Made by a program: the position numbers and the translations under genes
Origin: Cyanobacteria bacterium J06626_4
GTDB lineage: Bacteria; Cyanobacteriota; Cyanobacteriia; Phormidesmidales; Phormidesmidaceae
Assembly: GCA_038523235.1 (NCBI GenBank)
Contig: JBCBJQ010000021.1
Span: forward strand, 1-64,000
Reading direction: 5' to 3'
Length of the DNA: 64,000 nucleotides
The notes under the pieces: model-generated
The model's database searches: none
Seen by the model: the letters and a program-made list of their open reading frames with translations, nothing else
What the model was told of the DNA's origin: nothing
Shown: positions 40,017 through 50,217 of the stretch, piece by piece
Numbering within the stretch: position 1 is the stretch's first letter
How the letters are laid out: the number at the start of each line of letters is the position of its first letter

Positions 40017-40271
40017 ATCGGCATTTATCTGCCTTAAATTGAGAGCTCTGCCGCCGGTTGATCATCAATTCTGAGGCAGAGCTTTCCGTCCTTTAAAGCC
40101 CCTTTGAGCCTCGGCATCACCGAGAAAATAGCGCTACAGTCAATTTAGGGCGCGTCATCCATTAAGCCCAGTAGTCCTGAAGGGCAAGTGTTATCGCATT
40201 TATAGAAAGGATTTGATCGCTAAATGATGACAGCCCCTAAACCTGTTGATTTAATTTTTTGATATTCGTTC

Positions 40272-41519
40272 ATGATGCAAGCTGTGCCTGCCGCTCAAAC
40301 ATCCGATCAAGCGCCGCTGTATGACTGCGATGTGGCCATTGTCGGCGGCGGCGTGGTCGGAGCAACTTTGGCCGCCGCCCTGAAAGATTCAGGCCTCAAA
40401 GTTCTGTTGATCGAAGTGAATTCGTTTGAGCAGGCGATCGCCCGCGAACGGGGCTACGCGCTGTCACCGCTGTCGGGGCAAATTTTTGCAGGCATCGGCG
40501 TCTGGCCCAGTATCTTTCCCAACATTGGCAAATACCGCCACATCTATCTCTCTGATGCCGATAACGTGGGCATGGTCAAATTTGCGCCCAGTGATCTTAA
40601 ACGTGAATTTTTAGGCTACGTGGGCGAGCATAAAGTGATGCTGGGGGCGCTGCAAGCGTTTATTAACGAGCAGTGTGAGCAGGTCGATTGGCTCTGCCCG
40701 GCTCGCCCAACCCGCGTGCTTTATGACGAAGCGGGAGCGGTGATTGAGTTAGAGATGGCGGGGCAGGCCCGGCAGATTCGCACCCGATTGGTGGTGGGAG
40801 CTGATGGGCCGCGATCGCAAATTCGTCAGTCTGCAGGCATCAAAACCAGAGGCTGGAAATATTGGCAGTCGTGTCTGACGTTTATGATCACCCACGAAGC
40901 ACCGCGCAATGACATCGCCTTTGAGCGGTTCTGGCCCGATGGCCCGATGGGTGTCCTACCACTGACGGAGAATCGCTATCACATCGTTTGGACGGCTCCC
41001 CACGCCGAAGCAAAGGCACTACAAAACCTTGATGAAGCTGAGTTTCTAGCAGAACTGGAATATTACACAGGCGGTTTTTTAGGCAAGCTGAGCTTGACCA
41101 GCGATCGCGCAGTATTTCCAGTGCAACTGTTTCAGAGCGATCGCTACGTGCAGCCACGACTGGCGTTGGTGGGAGACGCCGCTCACCGCTGTCATCCCGT
41201 CGCGGGGCAGGGGCTGAATCTGGGTATTCGCGATGCGGCGGCGCTGGCACAGGTGCTCTCTGAGGCTTATCTGCGCGGTGAAGATGTCGGCGATCTGCGC
41301 GTGCTCAAACGCTATGAACGCTGGCGCAAGAAAGAAAACCTGGCGATTTTGGGCTTCACCGATTTCCTGGACCGGATGTTTTCCAACAACTGGTGGCCCG
41401 TTGTAAAACTGCGGCGCTTGGGGCTGTGGCTGCTGCGCACTGTGCCGCCTTTAAAGGTGCTAGCGCTTAAGTTTATGACGGGTTTTTGGGGGCGTCGCCC
41501 GCCTCTGGGTAAAGGGTGA
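40272..41519 (+). CDS. FAD-dependent hydroxylase, UbiH/COQ6 family
   Basis: IVGGGVVG, VGADG, LVGDAAHRCHPVAGQGLNLGIRD. Confidence 0.9.
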   Translation: MMQAVPAAQTSDQAPLYDCDVAIVGGGVVGATLAAALKDSGLKVLLIEVNSFEQAIARERGYALSPLSGQIFAGIGVWPSIFPNIGKYRHIYLSDADNVGMVKFAPSDLKREFLGYVGEHKVMLGALQAFINEQCEQVDWLCPARPTRVLYDEAGAVIELEMAGQARQIRTRLVVGADGPRSQIRQSAGIKTRGWKYWQSCLTFMITHEAPRNDIAFERFWPDGPMGVLPLTENRYHIVWTAPHAEAKALQNLDEAEFLAELEYYTGGFLGKLSLTSDRAVFPVQLFQSDRYVQPRLALVGDAAHRCHPVAGQGLNLGIRDAAALAQVLSEAYLRGEDVGDLRVLKRYERWRKKENLAILGFTDFLDRMFSNNWWPVVKLRRLGLWLLRTVPPLKVLALKFMTGFWGRRPPLGKG

Positions 41520-41701
41520 GTCAGCCTACGAGACTGTAGGAGCCGTTAGCCTTTGAACCGTTGGCGATCGCCGCATTGAGAAACTGCAGCATTAATCCGG
41601 CTTGCCAAGGGTTCATTCACAAACCTTGCTCTCGTTTCCTTAACTCTAGGCCTTCTCACCTTTCATCGGGAGTTGCAAAATTGAGAGATGGCTTACGACC
41701 C

Positions 41702-42937
41702 TCACGCCAATACTGTAAACGCCAGCCCAGCAAAGCTCTCCAGTCGTTTGATCAGCGCTTCGCTTAGCAGGGTAGCCGGTGTCCAAAAGCCGCCGCGCTC
41801 TGATGGTGGGATATCCTGCGCTAAGCACAGTGCCGCCTGCCCCAAAATTTTGGCCGTCGACCCATAGCCCGGATCGCGATCGCCCGTCACCTGCACTCTG
41901 ATCTTATCCCCAGTATCGGTGGTGCCGACAAACTGCAGCTCATAAAAGCCCTGGGCCTGCTCTGCCGCTGTGGGGCCGGCACCTGAGGCGGGCAGAGCGA
42001 AGGTTTCGAGCAACCAGCGAGTGGGCGGTAGCGCTGCCGCCAGCACCAGACTATCCAGACCTAGCTTGAGTCCTTGGGCCATGAGCCAGCCGATGGGGCC
42101 ATCATCAGTAACGATACCTTCGTCGTATTGAAAGGTTTGTCCGTACACTTGCTGCTGCAAAAAGTTAGATCGCAACACCACGCGAGTGTTGACATCTGCC
42201 ATGACAAACGGGGTCACCCAGGCGTGAAAGTCGGGGTCGTATTGCACCGGTATCAAGGGTGGGGGCTGAGCGGCCACCTTGTCGCTGTCTGGACAGAGCG
42301 AGTAGGGATCACGGATGGACTCGCGAAGACTGGCATCGGCTGCCGCCTCTTTGACTAAATTCAGGCCGCTGGCGGCAGTGCCGCCAGAAACACCCCCTTG
42401 CGCCGCGACGACGCGCATTTTGACCCGCGTGCAGGGCTCGCCAAATCGCGTTCGGGACTGCTGCTGCAGGTAGTAGACGCCTAAATCAGAGGGGATGGAG
42501 TCGAAGCCACAGCAGTGGACAATGCGCGCCCCCGCAGCCTGAGCTTGAGTCTCATAGCGCTGAATCATGCGCCGTATCCACTGCGACTCACCGGTGAGGT
42601 CACAGTAATCGGTGCCGGTTGCCACACAGGCTTGAACCAGCGGTTCACCATATAGGGCATAGGGGCCAACGGTTGAGACGACCACGCGGGTCTGGGTACA
42701 AAGCTGGTGTAGGGAGTCAGCGTCCGTCGCATCAGCAATCAGCTGCGGCAGTGGGGCGGCGTCAGGGCCGAGGGCGGTGGCCAGCGCCTTGAGCTTGGTC
42801 GCCGATCGCCCCGCAATCGCCCAACGAACAGGCGTTGAGGAGGCTGTCTGGGTCAGCAAATAGCGACAGAGAATTTGGCCGACAAAGCCGGTAGCCCCAA
42901 ACACAACCAAGTCATAGTGGGCGAGATCAGCGGGCAT
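41702..42937 (-). CDS. Saccharopine dehydrogenase-like oxidoreductase (trans-acting enoyl reductase family)
   Basis: FGATGFVG, AGRS, TVGPYALYG, YCDLTGE, CGFDSIPSD. Confidence 0.88.
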   Translation of the reverse strand: MPADLAHYDLVVFGATGFVGQILCRYLLTQTASSTPVRWAIAGRSATKLKALATALGPDAAPLPQLIADATDADSLHQLCTQTRVVVSTVGPYALYGEPLVQACVATGTDYCDLTGESQWIRRMIQRYETQAQAAGARIVHCCGFDSIPSDLGVYYLQQQSRTRFGEPCTRVKMRVVAAQGGVSGGTAASGLNLVKEAAADASLRESIRDPYSLCPDSDKVAAQPPPLIPVQYDPDFHAWVTPFVMADVNTRVVLRSNFLQQQVYGQTFQYDEGIVTDDGPIGWLMAQGLKLGLDSLVLAAALPPTRWLLETFALPASGAGPTAAEQAQGFYELQFVGTTDTGDKIRVQVTGDRDPGYGSTAKILGQAALCLAQDIPPSERGGFWTPATLLSEALIKRLESFAGLAFTVLA

Positions 42938-43046
42938 GAACAGATACCTGCGGTAAAAATAACGCCGTCTATCCACAGCGCCGTTACCAGATTAAGCCGT
43001 TACCGTTAGCTACGGCACCCAGCGATAGCCTGATTGAGGCAGAAAA

Positions 43047-43484
43047 TTAGGCGGATTCTTCTAACGAGTGACTGAACACGTCAAAGACTTGCCGACAGCA
43101 GTGCTTGAGGCGATCGCCGGCGGCCCCCTCCGGCACAACCGTTCCGGCAAACGACCATTGCTCGATCGTGGACAACGTCCACTGCTTGCCGCGATGGTCG
43201 TAGCCGCCGACTTCGATGCCGATGACGCGCTTGGTGCAGCTATCCGCATCGTCATAAAAGCGGATCTGGACCAAAAAACTACGGCAGTGAAACAGACGAC
43301 TAAGGCCCGGAAAATGCAGGCCAATATCCACCGAGTCAGGATCAACCAGCGATCGCGTATCGCTGTCGTTCGTCCACGGTTTTAGGTCGACCCGTAAATC
43401 AGGCAACTCTGATTTGAACAGATGCACGACGGTCGCAATCTTGCTAGCAAATTCGATGCTGGTGGCCTGTTCGGCTGCGTTCAC
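43047..43484 (-). CDS. Conserved cyanobacterial hypothetical protein
   Basis: MNAAEQA...KIATVVHLFK...DLKPW...DPDSVDIGLHFPG resembles a recurrent cyanobacterial family. Confidence 0.75.
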   Translation of the reverse strand: MNAAEQATSIEFASKIATVVHLFKSELPDLRVDLKPWTNDSDTRSLVDPDSVDIGLHFPGLSRLFHCRSFLVQIRFYDDADSCTKRVIGIEVGGYDHRGKQWTLSTIEQWSFAGTVVPEGAAGDRLKHCCRQVFDVFSHSLEESA

Positions 43485-43644
43485 CTCTGCCTACTCCGAA
43501 AACGCAACTTTCAAACTAAGATAACGTTTCGTTGCAAACAGTCAACTCTGTAACGAACCCACGACGACACTCGTTACAAAGCGCAACTGATTCAGTTCTA
43601 CCATAGGGCATAACGGCCTGAAAACGAGCGCAATGGGCGTTCTC

Positions 43645-44283
43645 CTAAAGCTCCATTTTGCCTGGCAGATGCGATTGGCAGGTGGCCAAAATATCATTCT
43701 CAGTCGCTCTCGGTGTGCCCAAATCAAAGAAGCCGTCTAGTTGCAGCGGGGCTAAACCTGGGTTCGTAGCAGCTACTGGACTGTCGTCGGTGACCAGGGC
43801 GATCGCGTAGGCATAGACCTCTTGGGTGTAGCTATTCGTAATCTGCAGCGCTAACGCCTGCCCGGTGAGGTGGCCCTCAAAGCAGTCAAACGAAGACTGG
43901 GGCATGTACAAGGCACCCACCACGTTGGAATTCTTGGCTTCAAACACCATGTAGGCTGCGCCAATGGCATCGGGCTGCGGTTGCGAACCATAAAAATACA
44001 CGCCGTCGGCAATTGGCTGAGCCGCGCTAGTCGCGTCAACGGGATGGTTCGCCACGACGCTTGCCGGGGGCACAGGGCCCGCTTGTGTAGTTGCGCTTAA
44101 CAGTAACGAACCCAAAACGCCACCGACTAAAACTTGCCAGCGGGGTTGACTGAGTGCACCGTGGCGGAAAGAGCCGGCAACAGGATGACGGATCACTGTT
44201 TCTAACGACGCTCTAACACTCATCACGATGAACTCCTTAAATATAATTTTCTTATCGTTGAAATCAGAAAAAATAAATTTCAT
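43645..44283 (-). CDS. Hypothetical exported protein (start probably 44223)
   Basis: Signal-like hydrophobic stretch; DGVYFYG..YMVFE..GALYMPQSSFDCF pattern seen in cyanobacterial hypothetical proteins. Confidence 0.7.
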   Translation of the reverse strand: MKFIFSDFNDKKIIFKEFIVMSVRASLETVIRHPVAGSFRHGALSQPRWQVLVGGVLGSLLLSATTQAGPVPPASVVANHPVDATSAAQPIADGVYFYGSQPQPDAIGAAYMVFEAKNSNVVGALYMPQSSFDCFEGHLTGQALALQITNSYTQEVYAYAIALVTDDSPVAATNPGLAPLQLDGFFDLGTPRATENDILATCQSHLPGKMEL

Positions 44284-44724
44284 ATGATTTCACTTTAGAG
44301 GACTGGTTGCAGGCCAATAACTCAAAGCCTCAAGAGCGTAATATCTCTTTGTAAGCGATGACCAAAACCTCCAGCCAGAGAGTGATCGAGGTCACATCCC
44401 GCCTCTGGGTTGTTCTGACAATACCGTTGATAAATGTTCCCGTAGCGCCCAGAGTGACAGCCTGGAAAGTGCCACCCCCTGGCTAGCTACGGTTGCGGAT
44501 TTGGCGAAAGTCTGCTTCAGATTCTTTGTTCTGCAGTTCGCCATCACATCATCACCGCAGTCAGCCCGGATCCTCTAGGACGCGATCGCGCTTATCATCC
44601 GTGGATTGCCGCGTGGCCGGATGCGACGCACGCAATGAGAGCCATGCCGAATCGTCCGAGATTGCAATGGTTTCGCGATAAACTAGAGAGTAGGATGCCG
44701 TAAGTTTGGGCGTAAGAAGCCGAG

Positions 44725-45918
44725 ATGGAAGATCTCATCAACACCTTCGAAATAGGCCGAGTCTTCATTAAACTGCTGCTGTTTATTGACAAGCGTCCCA
44801 GTTCTGGAGAGTACGTTCAGGAAATCCGGCATCACCTTAAGGAATTAGATCAGGAATTAGAGGTTGGTCAGACTTACTCCCTCGATGTTGTGGATGTGTG
44901 TGAACAGCCTTACTTGGTGGAGCATTTCCGGCTTATTACGACCCCGGCGCTGGTGAAGTTTGCCCCTGGCCAGCAGCAGGTGATTTCGGGGAGCAACATT
45001 TTGACGCAGCTCGATCAATGGTGGCCCCATTGGCAGCGAGAAATTACCGCGTTGTCGGATGCAGCCATGGTGGGTAAACGGTTCCCTATCACCGACAGCG
45101 ATGGTCTGCAAGCCGAAGGGGAGCTGGCTAATTCGGTCGAAGTGATGAAGCTGTCGGATGAGATCTTTCGCCTGAAACAAGAGAAAGAAGATTTAGAGGC
45201 GCAGCTACAGTTTAAGAACCGGATTGTGGCGATGCTGGCCCATGATTTGCGGAACCCGCTGACGGCGGCGTCGATCGCGGTGGAAACCTTAGAACTAGGC
45301 TATGGCGAAGAAATTACAGAAAATCGGCGATCGCTTTCTCCTAAGCTTACTGCCCAACTGTTGCGCCATGCCAAAACTCAGATCCGCGCCATGGATCGGA
45401 TGATTTCCGATATTTTGCAGACTGCGAAAGGCGCGGCGGCGGATCTGCAAATTCAGCCCCAAGAGATTTCTTTCAACACGCTGTTCGCAGAAACACTGGC
45501 GTCGATGCGCAACAAGTTTGAGGCCAAATCTCAGGCGATCGATCTTGATATTCCCCAAGATTTGCCACAGGTTTATGTCGATGCGGGGCAAATTCAGCGG
45601 GTGATCTCTAATCTGTTGGACAACGCTAGCAAATACACCCCAGAAGGCGGCGAATTACACGTCTCAGCCCTGCACCGCACCACACAAAAGATTCAGGTGT
45701 GTGTCAAAGATACGGGACCGGGCATTCCGACCAGTAAGCGCGAGGCGATTTTTGAAGACAGCGTGCGGCTGCAGCGCGATGAAAGCCAAGATGGCTATGG
45801 GTTAGGGTTGGCCCTCTGTCGCCGCATTGTGCGGGCTCACTATGGGCAAATCTGGGTAGAATCTGACCCTGGCGAAGGCAGTCAATTTTGCTTTACCCTA
45901 CCCGTTTTTCGATCGTAG
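44725..45918 (+). CDS. sasA: Circadian output sensor histidine kinase SasA
   Basis: N-terminal KaiB-like domain (LLLFID..DVCEQPYLVEHFRLITTPALVK); H-box AHDLRNPL; NLLDNASKY; GYGLGL. Confidence 0.9.
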   Translation: MEDLINTFEIGRVFIKLLLFIDKRPSSGEYVQEIRHHLKELDQELEVGQTYSLDVVDVCEQPYLVEHFRLITTPALVKFAPGQQQVISGSNILTQLDQWWPHWQREITALSDAAMVGKRFPITDSDGLQAEGELANSVEVMKLSDEIFRLKQEKEDLEAQLQFKNRIVAMLAHDLRNPLTAASIAVETLELGYGEEITENRRSLSPKLTAQLLRHAKTQIRAMDRMISDILQTAKGAAADLQIQPQEISFNTLFAETLASMRNKFEAKSQAIDLDIPQDLPQVYVDAGQIQRVISNLLDNASKYTPEGGELHVSALHRTTQKIQVCVKDTGPGIPTSKREAIFEDSVRLQRDESQDGYGLGLALCRRIVRAHYGQIWVESDPGEGSQFCFTLPVFRS

Positions 45919-46358
45919 GGTGATGCCTCCAAGGCCTCCCAGATGCGCAAATCCATCGATGCGTTTGGGGTCGGCATCTTGCCCGCGATCAGCGCTAGAA
46001 ATACAAAATTTAGGATGCACTCTGCCTGACTGCGTGCGTGAGCCGCTTTAGCACCCGTCATGAACGTCTGGCAGAGGGTAGAAAGGTGAAGGGTTCAAGG
46101 TGCAGGGAAGAGCCTTGCCGCAAGCGATCCGGCGATTATAAAGTGTCCAAACTTGACGACGGCTCGCGATAGAAATATCGTCTAGTCTCTAACCCAGCAT
46201 TGCGGCAGCGAGTGAGGGGCAAACATCAACATAACGACTTGTGTATGACGGATAGCTTGTCGAAGGGGGCTACACACTTTTTTGATGTGGAGCCCGAATT
46301 TAGCGCATCGGTATAAGTGGCCAGCGCCATAACTCCAACTAGACGCTAAATTCAACAC

Positions 46359-46383
46359 AAAAAAAGGGGGCGATCGCCCCCTT
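46359..46383 (-). terminator. Rho-independent terminator of rbcLXS
   Basis: Palindrome AAGGGGGCGATCGCCCCCTT followed by a T-run on the minus strand, just downstream of rbcS. Confidence 0.85.
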
Positions 46384-46418
46384 GATTCAACCAATCAAGA
46401 TTAATTGTCTCAATCGCC

Positions 46419-46769
46419 TTAGTAGCGATAAGAGTTGCCGCTGTTGCCGCCGGGCTTATGAACGATAAAGCTGAGAATCTGACACTGCTTGACGTTGTCA
46501 AAACCGACTACGCGCACAAAACAGTTGGGATATTCAGACCGGCAAGCCTGCACTTCGCTCAGCACTTCTTGCGTTGAATTGGCATTAAACAACGGCAGCT
46601 TCCACATCGTCCAATAGTAAGTCTCAGGATTAGAGTCTTCGTTAAATTCGATGGCGGGAATGTAGCCCATTTGCAAAATGTAGGCGATTTGCCGCTCAAT
46701 TTGAGCGTCTGTCAAAGGCGGTAGGTAAGACAGCGTTTCGTAACGACGCTCTTTAGGCAGAGTTTTCAT
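46419..46769 (-). CDS. rbcS: RuBisCO small subunit
   Basis: [34 protein letters not shown]. Confidence 0.98.
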   Translation of the reverse strand: MKTLPKERRYETLSYLPPLTDAQIERQIAYILQMGYIPAIEFNEDSNPETYYWTMWKLPLFNANSTQEVLSEVQACRSEYPNCFVRVVGFDNVKQCQILSFIVHKPGGNSGNSYRY

Positions 46770-46871
46770 GGTTTCTCTCTAAGTGAATGAATGGGCGATC
46801 GCGCTGAGCGATCGCGGTGGAACTGAAGGGTGAGTCAACACCCCAAAATTGCGAGTAGGTAGCCGTTAGAC

Positions 46872-47288
46872 TCATTCCGAATCGACGGTGGGTTCTTGAG
46901 AGACATCAGAGTCGGGCGCTAGCTCAGACTCCACGGCGTGCTCGGCATCTCCCAGCTGAGTCAACCGTTCTAAATGCTGACGACGGTGTTCCATATTGGC
47001 CTGCTGGATACCGGTCACAACCATTTCGGGCAAAAACTCGCAGATGCTCTCTGCAATATGCTGCCGACTGATCATAATTCGCATTGCCAGCTCTGCATTC
47101 TCCGATAAAAGCGTTTGCAAATAGGCTTCGCCATCCTGCAGTGCTTCCTTCGTCGAAAAGGCGTTCAGCCAATAGGCATGGGCCGGGTTGGTTTCCTTCA
47201 GCTGACTCAGCACAGTTTTCACTGCCTGATAGGTCAGATAGCTAGTGAGCACCCTAGCCGCATCTTTTGCTGATTGCTTAAGGTCCAT
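46872..47288 (-). CDS. rbcX: RuBisCO assembly chaperone
   Basis: SYLTYQAVKTVLSQLKETNP; lies between rbcL and rbcS. Confidence 0.96.
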   Translation of the reverse strand: MDLKQSAKDAARVLTSYLTYQAVKTVLSQLKETNPAHAYWLNAFSTKEALQDGEAYLQTLLSENAELAMRIMISRQHIAESICEFLPEMVVTGIQQANMEHRRQHLERLTQLGDAEHAVESELAPDSDVSQEPTVDSE

Positions 47289-47471
47289 CGGTATTTATCG
47301 AACCCTTGAAATCGACCCCACCGGACGGTGGGTAGGGCTGATTTAAGCCCGAAGCCGCTAAAGATTCGGTAACTTATGCAGCTATTTGCCCAACTTTACA
47401 AGCCGTTGCCGACTCTGGGCCTACCCACTGTCGCTGTCGCCAGAACCAGGTGCCGTAGCACCTGCCCGCAC

Positions 47472-48902
47472 TTAGATGGTGTCAACGGTGTCGAATTCGA
47501 ACTTGATTTCCTTCCACAGTTCGCAGGCAGCGGCCAACTCAGGCGACCACTTACAAGCTTCGCGGATGATGTCGCCACCTTCGCGAGCCAGGTTACGGCC
47601 TTCGTTACGAGCCTGCACACAAGCTTCGAGAGCAACCCGGTTAGCCGCTGCGCCCGGTGCATTACCCCAGGGGTGACCCAAGGTGCCGCCACCAAACTGC
47701 AGCACGGAATCGTCGCCAAAGATTTCCACCAAGGCGGGCATGTGCCACACGTGGATACCACCGGAAGCCACGGCCATCACGCCACCCATAGACGCCCAGT
47801 CTTGAGTGAAGTAAACGCCGCGAGACTTGTCTTGCTCAACGTAGTTTTCGCGTAGCAGATCGACGAAGCCGAGCGTACCGGCGCGATCGCCTTCCAGCTT
47901 GCCAACCACCGTACCGGTGTGAATGTGGTCACCACCAGACATCCGCAAGCACTTCGCCAAGACGCGGAAGTGGATGCCGTGGTTCTTCTGGCGGTCAATG
48001 ACGGCGTGCATCGCCCGGTGAATGTGCAGCAACATGCCGTTGTCGCGACACCAGTGAGCCAACGTCGTGTTGGCAGTAAAGCCACCGGTGAGGAAGTCGT
48101 GCATGACGATGGGCATTTCGAGTTCTTTCGCGTACTCGGCCCGCTTCATCATCTCTTCGCAGGTAGCGGCGGTGACGTTGAGGTAGTGACCCTTGATTTC
48201 ACCGGTCTCAGCCTGGGACTTGTGAATGGCATCTGCCACAAACAAGAAGCGATCGCGCCACCGTTGGAAAGGCTGCGAGTTAATGTTCTCGTCATCTTTG
48301 GTGAAGTCCAAACCGCCGCGCAGACATTCGTAAACGGCGCGACCATAGTTCTTCGCAGACAGACCCAGCTTGGGCTTAATCGTACAGCCCAGCAGCGGCC
48401 GACCATACTTGTTGAGGCGATCGCGCTCAACCTGAATGCCGTGGGGCGGGCCTTGGAAGGTCTTGAGGTAAGCCACCGGAATCCGCAGGTCTTCGAGGCG
48501 CAGCGCCCGTAGCGCTTTGAAACCAAAGACGTTGCCCACCAAGGAGGTCAACAGGTTGGTGACCGATCCTTCCTCAAACAAATCGAGGGGATACGCGACG
48601 TAGCAGATGTATTGATTGTCTTCGCCGGGGACGGGCTCGATGTCGTAGCAGCGGCCCTTGTAGCGATCCATGTCGGTCAACAAGTCCGTCCAGACCGTCG
48701 TCCAGGTACCGGTCGAGGATTCTGCTGCCACTGCAGCGGCACATTCCTCAGGCGGTACGCCGGGCTGCGGGGTCATCCGGAATGCGGCCAAAATATCCGT
48801 ATCTTTTGGAGTGTAGTCAGGGGTGTAGTAGGTCAGTTTGTAGTCCTTGACCCCGGCCTGATATCCAGATTTTGACTGAGTCGTTGTCTGCGAGTAAGAC
48901 AT
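47472..48902 (-). CDS. rbcL: RuBisCO large subunit, form IB
   Basis: [16 protein letters not shown] and the complete canonical sequence; start set at MSYSQT (476 aa). Confidence 0.99.
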   Translation of the reverse strand: MSYSQTTTQSKSGYQAGVKDYKLTYYTPDYTPKDTDILAAFRMTPQPGVPPEECAAAVAAESSTGTWTTVWTDLLTDMDRYKGRCYDIEPVPGEDNQYICYVAYPLDLFEEGSVTNLLTSLVGNVFGFKALRALRLEDLRIPVAYLKTFQGPPHGIQVERDRLNKYGRPLLGCTIKPKLGLSAKNYGRAVYECLRGGLDFTKDDENINSQPFQRWRDRFLFVADAIHKSQAETGEIKGHYLNVTAATCEEMMKRAEYAKELEMPIVMHDFLTGGFTANTTLAHWCRDNGMLLHIHRAMHAVIDRQKNHGIHFRVLAKCLRMSGGDHIHTGTVVGKLEGDRAGTLGFVDLLRENYVEQDKSRGVYFTQDWASMGGVMAVASGGIHVWHMPALVEIFGDDSVLQFGGGTLGHPWGNAPGAAANRVALEACVQARNEGRNLAREGGDIIREACKWSPELAAACELWKEIKFEFDTVDTI

Positions 48903-49167
48903 ATCTCCCTTCCTGTAAGGTTCGTAACGACACCACACCATCTCTCGCTGCAACACAGCGGGATGCCCAAATGGCTGCCTATGGCTAAGATTGCGATCTA
49001 ACCCCAAAGCAGGTGGTACTTTTGCTTAATGCACTCCAGCAACCCATCGGCATCAACTGCCTCAAACGGGTTCCAGCACTGGATTTCGGGTATCCTGCAT
49101 TACCCTATGCTTTAAAGAATACTATCAGCGATCCGATAAGCTTGGTTTTGGAAGATCTGTATAGAAT

Positions 49168-49184
49168 CATAAATAAAAGTTATG
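49168..49184. promoter_or_regulatory. LysR-type (T-N11-A) palindromic box upstream of rbcL
   Basis: CATAA-N7-TTATG about 270 bp upstream of the rbcL start. Confidence 0.5.
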
Positions 49185-49445
49185 TAGGACTATCTCGCAA
49201 CCTTGCGCAATGTGTTGCTATGTAATCCCACTTTTCAGGCGGTATCCGAGGTGGTAGAGAGGTTTTATTCTGCGGTGAAAGGAAAACACAAAAATCGCCC
49301 GCTCGTGACCGTTTCTGCCCAAAGTTTCACGCCGACTTGATGCATTTTTGAATGACTTGATTTGAGTTAGTGGCGAGTCCCTCACCACTCCCCGCCCACT
49401 CATTAACAGGCTTCTAATGGGACTTTTTTCCGCCGATCCCTTAGA

Positions 49446-50117
49446 TTGATTGACTGTCTGAATCCCTGGCTCTACACAATTGCGATGCTCACGATGCAAT
49501 ATCCTTTTTCGGCTTCCCAGCGCCCGATCGCTCACCTGCAATTTGCTCAAAACGGCATTTGGGAGCAGGTTGAGACCGTTCATCCCAATTGTTTTACCGA
49601 CCTGCATCAGCTTTCTCACTGGTTAGATCAGGCGGCACGCGATATCGCGGTAGAAGCGTTGTTTATGAATGAAGCTGAGGAATTGACTGGCTTCATTGGG
49701 GTGCGTACCCAGGACCTGCCCAGCGATCGCCGCACCTTGATGTGGTTACGTTTGGCGACGTTGATTGCCACGACCGAGCCTAAACCGCTGGATGAGCTGT
49801 TGAGCCAGTGTCTCGGTGCTTTGCAGTTGCCGACGACACTGCCGGCTGCCGCCCCCACCTTTGAGATGGGTATCTTCAACTTTTGGAATACGGCTGAGCC
49901 GCTACTCTTCAAAGATTCACCGTTGGAGGAGCTGACAGCATTGATGGCGACAGGCACTGGGCCAGCTTGGCTAAAACAGGGGCACATCGCCCCGATTTGT
50001 CTGGAATATGTGTGGTATCAACCCACCCACATCTGGCTGTCTCGCAACGTGAGTACCCAATCAGAGGGGCGCTATTTCGTTGACCTTGAGCAGGTTAAAC
50101 TGCTGCTGCGAGCATGA
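49446..50117 (+). CDS. Hypothetical protein (start probably about 49485)
   Basis: 223-aa ORF with host-like composition and HIP1 sites; no motif recognised. Confidence 0.65.
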   Translation: MIDCLNPWLYTIAMLTMQYPFSASQRPIAHLQFAQNGIWEQVETVHPNCFTDLHQLSHWLDQAARDIAVEALFMNEAEELTGFIGVRTQDLPSDRRTLMWLRLATLIATTEPKPLDELLSQCLGALQLPTTLPAAAPTFEMGIFNFWNTAEPLLFKDSPLEELTALMATGTGPAWLKQGHIAPICLEYVWYQPTHIWLSRNVSTQSEGRYFVDLEQVKLLLRA

Positions 50118-50217
50118 GTCATGCCTTGGAATCGCCTCACGGGGCGACATCGTGACTTGAGCGAGAACGTTGTTGAACCATCCCCTCTTCAACACTGCGA
50201 TGGGAAGTGAACCGGGG

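Noticed and set aside
43549..43578. NtcA site (TGTAACGA...TCGTTACA)
   Set aside because: The inverted repeat is real, but GTA-to-TAC spacing is 22 bp rather than 8; function unassigned
48903..49007. N-terminal extension of RbcL in the ORF track
   Set aside because: The canonical start MSYSQT at 48902 has a GGAG RBS; the upstream frame is fortuitously open
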